Source of the DNA: Pelomyxa schiedti
Lineage: Eukaryota; Protista; Evosea
Direction: 5' to 3'
NCBI GenBank assembly: GCA_020536535.1
Contig: JAHLWZ010000896.1
Location: 1 to 55,362, forward strand
Length of the DNA stretch: 55,362 nt
The translations under genes were made by a program, and so were the position numbers. Positions 36,824 through 49,696 of the stretch are shown here, piece by piece. The notes under the pieces were generated by a model. The model was not told the origin of the DNA, ran no database searches, and worked only from the letters and a program-made list of their open reading frames with translations. Positions within the stretch are counted from its first letter, which is position 1. Each line of letters starts with the position of its first letter.

Positions 36824-39800
36824 ATGGCGATGACGGTTCACGTAGTGGGGCGGCCCACGCGGTTCACTGTGCCCCTTCGCGAGGGGCTCCCACCCAACAA
36901 CGCCCCACCGACCTCCGCCGTCGCCGCCACCCTCACCTCCTCGACGTCATCACCATCACTGTCACTGTCCTCGTCCTCGTGCCTGTCCACCTCCGCGTGC
37001 GCGTCGTCCTCTGACGACCCACGGAGCAGCAGCGGCGGTGGGGGCGGAGGTGGCTCGCTTTTCAACTCGGCGACGGATGCGACTAGGACGAGCAATGCGG
37101 CGACTACGACGACGACGACGACGGGGAGTTCGTCGAGCTGTTGGAGTGGGGGGGGTGACAAGGGTGGAATGGGAACCGGGGTAGGAGGACTGGTGGTGTG
37201 TTGTCCTCGCTGCTCTTGCTCATTCCCTCTCTCCAAGGCTGATGTCTACTCTGGATGTTGTTATACCACCCTCTTTGTCTTTTTTGCTTGTTTTGTTTTT
37301 TTTTAATTTTTTTTTTTCTTGTGACAACAAAAACCAATTTGAGAAGTTGTCTATGTGCCTGACAGGTTTTTTTTTTTTTTCCCCTTCAGGGGCAAAGAAA
37401 AGCTCGAATGAACTGTCACTATCACAGGAATCTCCTTGTAACAATTCATCCCACAAGTTAATGAATTTAATAAATGTGCACGCCATGTGGCTAACCAGTC
37501 TTCTCCAGCACAGTTGCGGCATTGGCTTGGTAAATTGGATTTGAATCAATATGCAGATCAGCTAGAAGCTGTAGGCTACACTTTTGACATTGTATCCCGC
37601 AAGGGATTCGAGAAAAAGGATTTACAGTATTTACATATCCCACCTGTTGCACAAAATGTTTTACTTGAGGGTGCACGTGTCCTAATGCATGGTCTTTATC
37701 CATTCATTTTATTTGAATCCAACATTCTCCCCAGGAGACACTAACCTTATTGATCTCTCTGACTCTCCTGGTATTTCCTTTTGACTTTTTTCACGCTCCT
37801 CAATTCCACTCCCTTCCAACAGCACCAGCTTATTCTGAGACCAAACTTGTAACTCTGATATTCCATTACTACAATCTCACCATATTTTTTCCCCAGCCTT
37901 TTGGAGAAACAAGTCCTATATTTAGCCAACTACAAAATATTTTGAATATCTCTGAAAAACTCCCAGCCACTGGAATACCCAGCAGTCACTTTAGTGCCTC
38001 AGCAGAGTTTGATAGCCTTCGCAATCTTCTGGGACTCAATATGCTGTGGAGTTTGCCAAATATGACTCCAGAGTTGTACCCCTTTCCTTTTTTCCAACAA
38101 TCAAAACTACACTCACACTGTACTTTCCTTGTACAGAGAAGAAACTCGGTCTACTGCTGAGCCCCAAGTATAGAGCTTTTCTTTCTACAGTTTGTTCACA
38201 CCACTAGGTTTCTTGTTCTCCTACAACACCCTCGCCACCTACAATTCCTCAGTCACCGTCAACACAAACCCTCAATAAATGTGCTTCATCACCACAAATA
38301 CTACCTCTTCTTCCTGCACAACTACCCCCTTTGAGCCTTTCCTCCCCTTCCACCCTTGTTCACAAAGCATCATCAGGAAATTTGGAACACAGAAGGAGCC
38401 GAGAATCATCTCAAAAAAAGAAGGTTGGGCTTTAAACTTATGCATAAATATTAAACTTCTTTGCAGCTATTAAATTTTCTCTCATTGCGTGACAGCCGAA
38501 AACAGCTGTCCAATGACCTCAGTTCTGACCTCACTGTAGCCTTCTGATTTATTTTTTCTCTTTCCTACCTTAATTAACCAACACAGCACACCGAGTCGAG
38601 CAAACAAACAGATCAGGAGGAAAATATACCTGAATGCTACCCCTCACTTCCAGATTCAATATCATCACTCGCCCACTACTTTGAGGAGACTGAATCAGAG
38701 AACTCAGCCTTTTTTTCTTTAACTACCCAAACCACTGCTAGTTCTACTTCACCACCACAACAACTCCCACATAGTGCTTTGGCGAAAGTGCTCAAGACCT
38801 TCATCTGTTCAAAGCCAGTCCAAGGTCTTGGGAATTTGGGTATGTTAAACAAGCTTAATGTTGTAGGCAATTCATTTTAATATTTCCGAAGATGAAACAG
38901 ACATTGCCTTCGCATTGTTAAATTTCTATTTCCCCAATAGCTCGTCGGATCTTCTCGATCTTATGTGTATCTGGTACTAACTGTTTATTCTTACTATAGT
39001 CTAATGTGGTATAGCTTTTACCCAACTAAACCTGACGACATCCCTTGGCCAAAATTTCGGAATTCTACATTAGTACCAATCAGGAAAAGGTTTATACTAC
39101 CACCCACTAATTTGTTAACACTTGTTTCAAGATGTTTATGTTTGCTGAAAACTTGGCTTGAGTTGAATCCAAGTGATTTTGAGAACAACAAAGCACTGGC
39201 TCATAAAGCTTCAGAAGTGGTGAGACTCTTTGCTCAAAGCTTTACTCAAGCCTCAGCACTGATTGACGTTATTGAGAAAGCAGTGAGAATCTTAATTCTT
39301 TTCAAAATTCATCTCATTGATTATGTGCAGGAATCAGGAAACCTCACAAAAGAAATAACCCTTTGTGGGGAGACGCCAACATCAATTATTCCTAAAGAAC
39401 CTCATCCAACTTTTGAAGATTTGAACGCTGAAGAGGTATGAAATCAAAGAAAGTGAACAGTACTTTGTCTTGTACTCACTGGAAATTTTCCAGTTAGCAC
39501 GACAGCTGGCTCTGCACCACTTTAATTTGTGGAAAGATGTGCAATTAGGAGAGTTGTTGGCTAAATCGGACTTATCTGTACGAATAGCTTACATGAACAT
39601 GTCTTATAAAAAGGTTACTTGAAGTGTTCCAACTTAGTGGTCTGAGTTGTACCAGGAATCTCATTGGATTTCACGCACACTACTTTCCTCTGCAGAAGGA
39701 AAGAAAAGGACAGCTATACTAAAAACATTCATTCATATCGCAGAGGCATTTTTCACTTGTTTCATACTTTCTTGTACTAAACAAAACAGTACTCCAAGGA

Positions 39801-40418
39801 ATTCAATGATTTTCAAGCAGTATTCTGTATTGTAAAAACTCTCCTTATCAATTCTTTACAACAGTCACTGGCGCGGAACTGGGAGGTACCCTTCCGTCTC
39901 TCCACAAAAAGTGATGGGGAAGAGGTGTAGTTAAACTAAATCATAACCATTGTTACTGCCAACAGTCTCTCTCGGATAAATCCAGAAAGCGGTTCTCTGC
40001 GCTTCACGTTCTTATCCTCAAAAGAGAAGAATATCAGCTAGCTCTTCAAAGAACACATAAATCCACATTCCCTATTCCTTGTGTACCGTTTATTGGTTTG
40101 TTATTCTCTGCAAATTTTCTTTGCCCAATTTTTTTGTAGATTACTGCTCCAAGGATATAGCCGAAACGTGTAGCCTAGAACCTGACGAGATTATCACTTT
40201 CAACAAACTTCGCTTTGTAGCTCTTTTCCTCCAGTAATTCGTGTCCTTCTACTTCCAAATCTCAACAGTGGCACAGGAATTTCCTCAAACTCCAAGTAAC
40301 AGGCTACAACTTCCACGCTGTACCTGCAATACAAGAATACCTCCGAACAAATGTATTTGAAATTAACATCGACGAAGAAGGAAGTGCCTCAGAACATGAA
40401 CAAACGCAAACAAAGTAA
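36824..40418 (+). CDS. Ras guanine-nucleotide exchange factor (SAM + REM + CDC25 domains)
   Basis: SAM: LRHWLGKLDLNQYADQLEAVGYTF. REM: CLLKTWLELNPSDFENN. CDC25: TFEDLNAEELARQLAL, SHWISRTLLSSAEGKKRTAILKTFIHIAE, FNDFQAVFCIV, FPIP, LLQDI, IITFNKLR. Stop at 40416-40418. Confidence 0.85.
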
Positions 40419-40647
40419 TACACCACAGAGAACCACTCATTCAACTAACAAAAAACAGACCACCAAAAAAACGTGACAGAAGAAAACACCACTCCTGACA
40501 TACAGTTGTATTTTATGATTGCACACCACTACTAAAGAAACATGAGACAACTATCTTTGTTAACTTTCACTTTGCTTTGTACAAACTTTTTTCTGGAGCA
40601 TTTTTATTGTTTTTTTTTACATTTTCTGTACATAGTAGTGCGGAGAA

Positions 40648-42837
40648 TCACACATAATCAAGCCAGGGAATTGGGGTTGTTGGGGCTCCAAATGGCACAG
40701 ACCCTGTTGAAGGGTCAAAGAGGTTCAAGCATTGGAAGCCGGAGTTCGACAGAATTAGCCCAATAAGCCGGAAAACATTGAGGGATGCAAATCGCTGGTC
40801 ATACACTGGAGATTGTGAACCAGTCGAGGAGTCTTGGAAAAAACCACCATCGCATTGGATACAGTTGGGTTCTACCTGCAAGAAACAATTAGGTTGCCAA
40901 TAAATTCTGAAAAGCAAGGAAAAAACCCCATATTTCCGGGAGGGAATATCTGGCTGTCTGGAGTCTGTTACATAGTTCGTCCAGTATTCTTCAATGGCTT
41001 TCAAATTTTGATTTAGGTCTTGGTATCCCACAAAATTGGTAGGATGCATGTACCGTTTAGAACAAGGAAAAGATCAATGAATGATCCGCCGTAATCCAAC
41101 AATTCGGTTATGTAGGTACTGGACACAGAGAGGTCGCTGACGGTGCCTTCTTCACTACTACTGTTACTACTGTTAGTAGACAGAAGAGTCTCCTGCAGGG
41201 TAGAGAACTGTGTGCACGTTAGAAATCTATCAAAAAACAAATGCAATTGAGAGAAAGGTAGGGAGAGTAAAAGTGTGCTACAAACAAGGGAGCATATTTC
41301 ACCAGAAATCTGTTGCAGTTCAGGTGTAGGCAGTCTGGGAAGTAATTGGCACAATTGAGGACTGCAAGCCATTGTTCCGATTCTTATTCTGGCACCCCCA
41401 GTGCTTCTACACCCACAAGGATCTAATGGATCGCTGTTATTGCACCCTTGGATGCATTCTCCTCCATATCTTGTGGGCTTTGTCAACCAATAAATAGGAA
41501 GACTGGGATACCTTGTGGAAAGGGTACCAGACGTACAACTAGAAATTGGTATTGAGGTGTCCGGCGGCACTTGTCCCACATTAGCAAGAGTTGACGAGAG
41601 TCTTTTTTACAACATATATCAACTTTTTTGTTTTATACTTGTTTGTCTCAAACCCGGTTTTTAAGGTGCACACTGTGCCTAGCTTGTTTCCCCGAGAATA
41701 TACCAACAAGTTATCATCATAAACATCATAATTCACTGGAAGGAGCCAGAGTTTCATTTCCGCGGTATTGTTCCCGCCAGCCTTAATTACCATCAGGTAA
41801 TACCCATGTTTGAAGAAGCTTACAGTATTTGGTGGGTTGATGAGAGAGATATTTAATTCAAATCGCGTGCTCGCTGAGAAAGAGCCAGATACAAGAAGGC
41901 AATTGTTTGTTCCATTTCCTTCAGCATCCTTCCACGCCAATAGGTTCTCACCAATGGCTTCTGCCAAGTCATCATATCTGCTCTGTAGACAAAGAAATCA
42001 ATCGTGAGTGCACACAGCAGCCACACAAGAGAATGATGCACTGACAAAACTGAAACTCTGGGCATAATAGGGATCGTTCCCCAGCAAATCCGGAACAGTG
42101 AGAATTTCAAGTGTGTCCAAAAGTGAGGTTGTGGGCCCGACTGGCCTGAAAGTATCCCAGTGCACAGGGATAGTGCTTCCAACATCGAATTGGTCTCCAC
42201 CTTGCATCAACGAACTTTGGAATCAACATATTAAGAAAAACCTTCACCTTATTTCCAATTTTATAACTACTGGGGGAGAAAAAACTGTACATAGAGGCAG
42301 ACGTGAGATCTGTGAGATCTACACCATCGGTGGCGAAACATACAGCAACACCTGAAGGAGATCCAGAGTTACGGTGTGCTGTTAATTACGAAAAGTACCA
42401 TCGACATCGACAAAGTACGGAGTCGTGAATTCCAATGTGACAGTGTTAGGTTGCCCAAAAGTCAACGTCGAAATCGACACCAACCGGCAAACAACGCCAA
42501 AGACATCCATCGGGACCCGATTTTCCGTGCCAACGAACGAAGTTTTCTGATCAAAGGTTTCGGAGAAGAAACGAAGGAGAGGAAACCAACCATACGGTGG
42601 CTTCACTCCTACCTTCACAGGCAACACCTGACACCACAACGACACACAAACCACAAGCAACACCACAACTAACACGACAACCCAAATGAGCGCGCGACAC
42701 ACCACACATGCACCTATGCCTTTCGGCGTGGCAAACCCAACATTTGCAATCAATGGGGCCCGCGTAGTGTCTCCACAACCACGAGCCTCGACCACGACAA
42801 CAACTTGTCGATCGTCCCAATAAAACTGATGAGACAT
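40648..42837 (-). CDS. Hypothetical membrane-anchored or secreted Cys-containing protein (multi-exon)
   Basis: Hydrophobic LIWVVVLVVVLLVVCVSLW near the N-terminus, followed by a chain of open minus-strand exons (42382-42700, ~42000-42210, 41581-41967, 41013-41579, 40648-41049) with Cys clusters. Start codon uncertain. Confidence 0.5.
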
Positions 42838-42974
42838 GGGAAAAACCCCGGGACACGGACCCAACACTACCTGAGGAGATCGCGTAGTGGACACACCGTG
42901 CCGCCATGCATGACTCATGGATCCAACTTGGGAAAACCGCCATTTTTTCTGAGCACCAACACACCAAAGACGCA

Positions 42975-44260
42975 ATGAGCCAAGTGCCGGAGACACAAAC
43001 TACATCGACAACCACCACTTCTACAACAGCGGCAGCCGTAATGCCACGCGGCAGTCCAGCCAAGCCGGCGCCGCCCCCCGGCCGCAACAAGAAGAAAAAA
43101 CACCCGATCCCCGCCGCGGTCTCCGAGATCCACAAGCGGCCGCCCCCCACCCCCACCCCCACCCCCATGCCCACCGCCTCGCCCTCCCCGGCGCCGCCCG
43201 CGCCCCCCGAGACAGCCTCGGCCTCGGCCGCGGCCCCGCCAGCAGCCAAGCGGCGCAGGAGACATCATCGTAAGCCTGAGCTTCAGCCTGCTCTAATTTT
43301 ACCCCCTGGTAGTGTGCTCACTAGTATTACTCTATTGTTATATAGTTTATTGTATTATTATCTATACTGCACACACCACGGACGTATTAGAGAGTGTGAA
43401 TGTAACAATATATAGTACACGTGACTTACATTGTGACTCATTATAGACCCCTTTAAAATTGCCATTCCAATGTGGACTATTGAGCCAAAGGACAGCTTTA
43501 ATTGGCCAAAGGCCTACAAGCGCGAGTATAGCACACAGAAACAAGTCCAAATCTACAGCACACGAGTCCCCATGACTTCAAGGATGTATGCGTTTGCCTC
43601 ACCTGTCTATACTCAATCTGTTTAATCACAATTCCAGGGAACCTGAACAGAACATGGCGTACAATGACAGAATAACAGCTTATAATAAAGAACGGGGAGA
43701 AAACAAGGAGTATGTACCACCATCACATTTTAGGAAAATTCACACTCCTTAAAAGGTTCACTTTATATTGGTTGGAGCACTTTGTTAACAAGAAGCCAAG
43801 ATCACTTGCAAGGAAGGCTGTTGTCATTTGCGGCAACGGTTCGGAGAGCCACCCAGGGACATGCCACTGGCCTGGCTTCTTAGAGGAGACCGTGGCCATC
43901 AATAGAATTCTTATCGCTGTGGCCGACTACTTTCCCGAAGCTCAGTTGTTTCTATTCAGTTGTCCACATGGCGGCTTTGCTGATTCAAATGTGGTTGCTG
44001 GGATGCAAAGTGCCCTGCAGTTCGTAGCTAGCAAGCGCGGAACTCCCGTGTGGCTGGCGGGACACATTGGAGATGTACAAACCACCCAGGAATTAAGCAT
44101 GATCACTTCATTCATCCAGTATGAATCTTCCCCCACTTCATTCCCTTGAAATTACCACTTTTTAATCAGGTACAGTGGAAAAATGATCCCAGCCTTTGAG
44201 CTCCCCAAGAATGCTGCTGGCATGGTCTTGCTGAAGGCCATTCCTGAGTCCCACACCTGA
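42975..44260 (+). CDS. Unannotated family paralogue A: low-complexity/NLS N-terminus + alpha/beta caspase/CHAT-like-fold domain
   Basis: Four exons. PAAKRRRRHHRK basic patch; core AVVICGNGSESHPG...FPEAQLFLFSCPHGG...PVWLAGHIGDV. Homologous to 49697-51282 with matching intron positions. Confidence 0.75.
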
Positions 44261-44408
44261 CCTGACACAGTCGAACACACTTTCCTTCTGTACTGTAGTT
44301 CCCACTGCTGAGTGAATCAAACCACACCCAATCCAACACCAAAATACATAATGCAACCAATAGACACGGTTGTTTGTCTTTTACTTGGTACAAGAGTAGT
44401 TTTTCTCT

Positions 44409-45964
44409 CTAGTTCAACAACAGGCAAAGAATACCAAGAAGGAAGAGTGAGGTGAGGAAGGAAGCAAACCCATAATTGAGTGACGACGATGTGCTGCTGC
44501 CGGTGCCGTGACCACTGTGGCTTGTGCTTTTGGTGGTGCTAGTGCTGGTGCTGGGAAGAGATTCACAGTCGTAGGTCATCAGAATGTCGTTGAGGACGCA
44601 GTCATAGGTGGTGTAGACTGGGGTGTCGTACGCCACAACCTCGAACTGGGTCACGTTGATGCTGGTGAGTGAGTGCGAGTCAACTCCAACCTCGTCCCAC
44701 GTGTGGTCCGTGAGCAAATCGGATTGGGCTGTGAGTGCGATGTTCCCTGCAAATTCAGTCAGAATGCGCCCCATAATTGAGTGGAGGGGCTACCTCCGTC
44801 GGCTAGGAACATCCCGTACTTCTTGAGGGCCTTTGCAATTATCTGTGCGGGAGCTGTCAGGCCACTTATATCGTAGCTCCGTTTCAGCCGTAGTTGAGTC
44901 CCATAAATGGGAGCCGGGGATGCGGCAGTGGGACCTCCGGCGTGTGATGCCGGGTGAACATAGTAGTTATCTCTCATTCTTCTGTGTGGAGTTGTCAGTT
45001 TTTTCCCTGGAATCTCTTGGAATTGAGAGGAGAATACTCAACGAATTTGGGAGAATGAACCGAATTGCGTGGTTAATGGATCCGGCATAAATTTCATCTG
45101 CTGTAAACAGAAGAGTTGATATTGGGAACCCAGCTGCATCTGCACTGGTGCATTGTTCACCTCTTCCACTTGCTGGGTAAACCTATCAAAAGATAAAGAA
45201 GAAAGGGGGAAAAATGTCAGTGAATAGCACAACTATCTTCTTTCTCTCACTTGGTTGGTGTCCCACATCACAAGACATGCGGCATGCATTTTACCATCTG
45301 AATTTCAAGTTACTGGAAACACATCATTAACAATTAACAACCTTCTTCCATAGTGGCTTCCCAGGCCTCGTACAATACACCTGTATCAGTATCGTAGACA
45401 AGTAGATGGCTAGAAGTTTATGTTTGTGTTCAAATATATACCGGCAAGAAACATACCAATCATTGCTCGATGCATCACAGAAATAATCACTCACACCCTC
45501 AATAGCTCCTACAAAAAAAAAAAACATTAATACAATTCTTGTATATCCCACTAGTGGCAACCACAATAAACGCATTTTTTTAGTTTACTCAAAAGGGGTA
45601 GACAGACAACGTATCATTCAATTATGGGAATAGTACCTCCAGACGGCAGGGGGATGTCCGTGGGCTCGTCGCATCCCCAGTCGTGAGTGTCGGTGGCGTA
45701 GTCGACCCTGGGCGAGTCGCAGTCGGCGTAGACCACGTTGATGCTGAAGTCGATCTGCAGGCGGCCCAGGCCGAACCCACCCGCTGCGTTGAGCCACGCC
45801 ATCGTCGCGTCGCTGTCGGACGCCACCTCCGAGTCGCTGACGTCCGTGGTCCACGGCGAGCCCGCGGGGAACGACGGAAGCGTAGTGCAGCGTACAACGT
45901 ACGACGACGTGGTGAGCATAACCACAAGCACCGACAACAACGAGGCGCCACTGGCGTTCTTCAT
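44409..45964 (-). CDS. Secreted, probably GPI-anchored protein resembling uncharacterised bacterial extracellular proteins
   Basis: Signal peptide MKNASGASLLSVLVVMLTTSSYVVRC. Core GRLQIDFSINVVYAD, VYPASGRGEQCTSADAAGFPISTLLFTADEI...NHAIRFILPN, YVHPASHAGGP, YGTQLRLK, ALKKYGMFLADGGNIALTAQSD. Ser/Thr linker and a hydrophobic C-terminal tail. Confidence 0.8.
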
Positions 45965-46211
45965 CCTTTCTTGCTTGCAAGCAACGTCTTTTCGTTTTCA
46001 AAAAAGGATTCTTCGATCCAATATCTTCCACCATCAACATCAGAATACTTCCGGGTGCGATCCGAACCAAGGTCCAAAGATTCTTTACCCACAGTAACTC
46101 CCCCCGTGAGCATAAGATGTTCCCAGTTTTCTAGCTCAATGGCAGAAGAATATTCCAATTTCTCAGTTCATAGTGTCGCCAACGAACAAACCGAAGACAC
46201 GAAAAACAAAG

Positions 46212-48415
46212 ATGAACGACATTCACCCAACAGCGGTAGATCTTACTATACCTCAAGCCGCGATTCCCCCCAACACAACTGATCTTGTTTCTGCCGACAA
46301 GGGGCAAGTGACATCTGTGTGCGATCCCACGGCGACCCCACAACCAGATCTGGATCTGGACGTAACTACAACCACCGCACGTGTAGCTGCAGTTGCTCCT
46401 GGTGATGTTGCTGCGTGCAAGGAACTTCTTGACGTTGGCCGTGATGCACGACAATATGAGTGCGATGTCATTGTGACGGCGAAGGAAACTTGCAGTGCCT
46501 GTGGATATTGCGACGATGAGTCTAGGCAGTTCTCGTCTTACGTCTCGCAGGGGAAGCGAATTAGCACGCAGTTATGCCAAGAAGGAAATTTCCTTCAAGC
46601 GGTTGCGGTTCTGTCAGACACTATATCCAAAGTCAGCAATCTCGATTGCTTGAAGCAACATCAAGTCCACGAGCCGTCTAGAAAGCGATGTTGTTCGATA
46701 CACGGCGACCTCGAGAGAAGGAGGCAGGAGGAGCGGGAAATAGCTGAGCTTTTTGGCTGGAGAGCCTCTTGCTATCTCAGTGCAGGTGACATGGATACTG
46801 CGGCAAGAGATTGTAACGCGGCGCTATCCTACGATCCAACGTGTGTTGTAGCGCACCGTGTCACTGGTTCAATCAATTCCCATTGCGTAGAGCAGGTTCC
46901 CGCGTGTGATATACCACAGGACAAGGTACTTGGTGTGTAGAGAACAAAGACCACTTTAAAATCGCTGATGTCTTCTACAGTCCCCTCGAACCCGTTGCTC
47001 TATTTGCAAAAAATCTGTGGATACCAGCAGTATTCTGGCCCATGTATCAACACACATGCCCAACGATAGCGTATATCCCTTTTTGACTTTCTTATTGATG
47101 GTTGTTTTAATTCAATTCAGTTCTCTGTTTCACAACTTCAAATGTTGGATCCCAGTGTCATCATTTTCGTTGATAGAGAAAATGACTCCCGAGGTTACTG
47201 TATGCTCGCTGCCAGAGCAAAAGACCCTCGTGTTGTGGCTATTATGTTCGGTGATTGTGCTCTTATAAAACATGCAGTTATGCATCCGGCAGAAAATATT
47301 ACAACCAAATTTGTAATGTAAGCCCTTGGCTCTTGTATAGAGCGACATATAATAACTGCACTATAAGAACTCGACCTGGGAAAAATAGCGCCGACTTTGC
47401 AATTGCTGTATTCTTGGGACAGGCAGATATGTGTGTGCCTCAGAGTGTGCCATTTATCATTATCAGTGGGGATGCTCAAGTCTCAGCATTGTCACTGCCA
47501 GGGCGACAAGTTTGTTTGATTTAACAACACAAATATTTCCACCGATCTATGTAATAGGTTATACAGTGGAATCCACACAAGGACTCGGATTTTACTGACT
47601 GTCTTTACAACGTTTGTTCTCCCAGTCAAGACTCAACAACCCTAACTATTTTAAACCTCCAGCAAGGAGTAACACCACTCCCGTTCTACACGGCGCTACA
47701 ACTGTCCGTTAAATGTGTAGCAGGTTCCATGAAGACCACTCCACAGCGGTCTAGACGACCAAAAGGAACGCGCTCTTCTCTACCCACTCCGCTTCCTTCG
47801 GTTCAAACCGATGATCGCGCAATTCTCGCCTTAGCATCTACTCCTCCTGCAAAAACTACAATGCCTCAACACTCTCCGTCAGTAGACCCGTCACTGGGCA
47901 AACCAACTCCTCCCGCTTCTCCAACAGACACCTTGGACCAAAGTACACCGTCATGTGACCTAAAGCAACCGGACCACAACAATTGTGAAACCTCAACGTC
48001 AAACAGTGAAGGACAAGTAGAATCCATTCTACTTACTGCGCGCAGAATGGTACATGAAGCAGACCTGGACTGTGGAAGGAATGTTTCAGATGCCTCCAAG
48101 TTCAGTGAAGCTCTTGCTGCCATCAAAAGACTTCACAGATCCAGAATACACTTGAATGAAGTTCAAAATAAGCATATGGAGAAGATAAAAGAGCTGGCAG
48201 CTGACTGTGAAAAACTTGGAACTCTGCTCACAGAAGCAAATGCAGCCATTGTCACCCTTCGGCAGGAGAAAGAAACTTTGTACTGGTACTACTGTGACTG
48301 GTGCTCCAGGAGCAATTCTCAGGCACCAGAGTTGAACACAACTACAATCACGCCAACACCAAATCAACCTGCAACAACATCCCCTCTCCACGAACAGTCC
48401 CAAAAAAACCCATGA
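46212..48415 (+). CDS. TPR + C2H2 zinc finger + PIN/NYN-like nuclease + coiled-coil protein
   Basis: TPR: AELFGWRASCYLSAGDMDTAARDCNAALSYDP. ZnF: RCSICKKSVDTSSILAHVSTH. PIN/NYN: VIIFVDREN, RPGKNSADFAIAVFLGQAD, PFIIISGD. The spliced frame runs from 47558 into ORF 47729-48415 (coiled coil). Confidence 0.7.
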
Positions 48416-48923
48416 AATTCTTGTAATTACTTGTTGTGTCAAGGGTACGTCTTGTCTTCAGTGTTAAGTCCCAAGGTCGATTCTTCTTCCCAGGCTCAGT
48501 CTCGTTTCTCCCGCCAAAAATTGGGCAGAAAAGCCGCAATCTCTGACTAATCAAAAGAAATAAAAAAAGCAGGTCTTTAAAAATAAAAACAAACAAACAA
48601 GCAACCGGGGGTGCACCCGGCAGGCGAGCGGGGGGCCCTGACGCAACGTTAACGACCTCGGGGGTTGAAACCCACATCATCGTGGGGATCTTCCTGTCTG
48701 GTGATGGTATTGGAGAAGGGAGGACGGCCGTATCGGGCGCCCCGCGGACCGGCACTGTGCACGCCACCACCACCACCCTTCCCCGGACCGACTCCTGCCC
48801 GCCGGCTGTGCTCCCACACAGCCCGCGATGGCGTGGCAGCCCCCGCCTTGCCTTGTGTTTCCTTGGCTCGGGGGGGCCTTGTCCGACTCGGCAAAATCGT
48901 TAGATATATTCTCAGCAGGATTA

Positions 48924-49270
48924 TGGGAAGGAATATACCACCCGGCTATACAGTACTTTCTTCCCTTATTACTTTTTCATTTCCTCTCTGCGTTTGACTT
49001 GACTTGGTGTAAAACGCGGGGGGTCCTCGTGTCTGACCTTGTCAAGTTCTGGGATATGCATTTCCGAATATCATCTAACTAAACAAAGGAGAAGACTATC
49101 TGCAGAAGAAGCCAGTGCAACAACCGACGGCAATTTGTTTTCTATTTCATATCTCACTCCGTTCAAGGCAGACAGGCGCGACATGGGTGAAGGAATATTC
49201 AGCCGGATACAGTTTGACTTGACTTGGTGTAAACGCGGGTCACCTCGTGCCTGACCTTGTCAAGCTCTGG
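48924..49270. repeat. Diverged two-copy direct repeat (~90 bp, 220-bp offset)
   Basis: TTTGACTTGACTTGGTGTAAA(A)CGCGGG...CCTCGTG(T/C)CTGACCTTGTCAAG(T/C)TCTGG at 48993-49052 and 49213-49270. Each is preceded by GAAGGAATAT...CCGG..ATACAG. Copy 1 has a ~39-nt pyrimidine-rich insert. Confidence 0.85.
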
Positions 49271-49696
49271 CAAAGGAGTGACCAAGACTTCGCGGAAACG
49301 CAGGGGTGTGCCACCCCTGTGATTGGCCTGTCTTCCTTTTCTATTTCACAGAAGACGAGCTACTTACATGCAAGTACAAACACGCAGCAAGGTATGATTT
49401 AATCTTCTTCTCCACAAAAACTAAACTTCCACAGTACTGAGACACCTATGAGTTGAGCTCCTTCACATTGGATTTCGGTACAAAACCAATCACTGACGGT
49501 AAGGAGCTCCTCTGCAGTATTTTCAATTCTTCTAACTTATGATAGAAAACTGCCAATTGCTGCTGCGAAAACACCTGATGGAGTTTAAGATTGCAGCCGC
49601 ACCCCACACCTTCTTTGTATCTCCTCTGTGCCTCTCCTCATAGCTCCTTTTCCCTTGGAATGTTCTTTTCGTATTTTGAAAAACAAGTCAAAGTTT

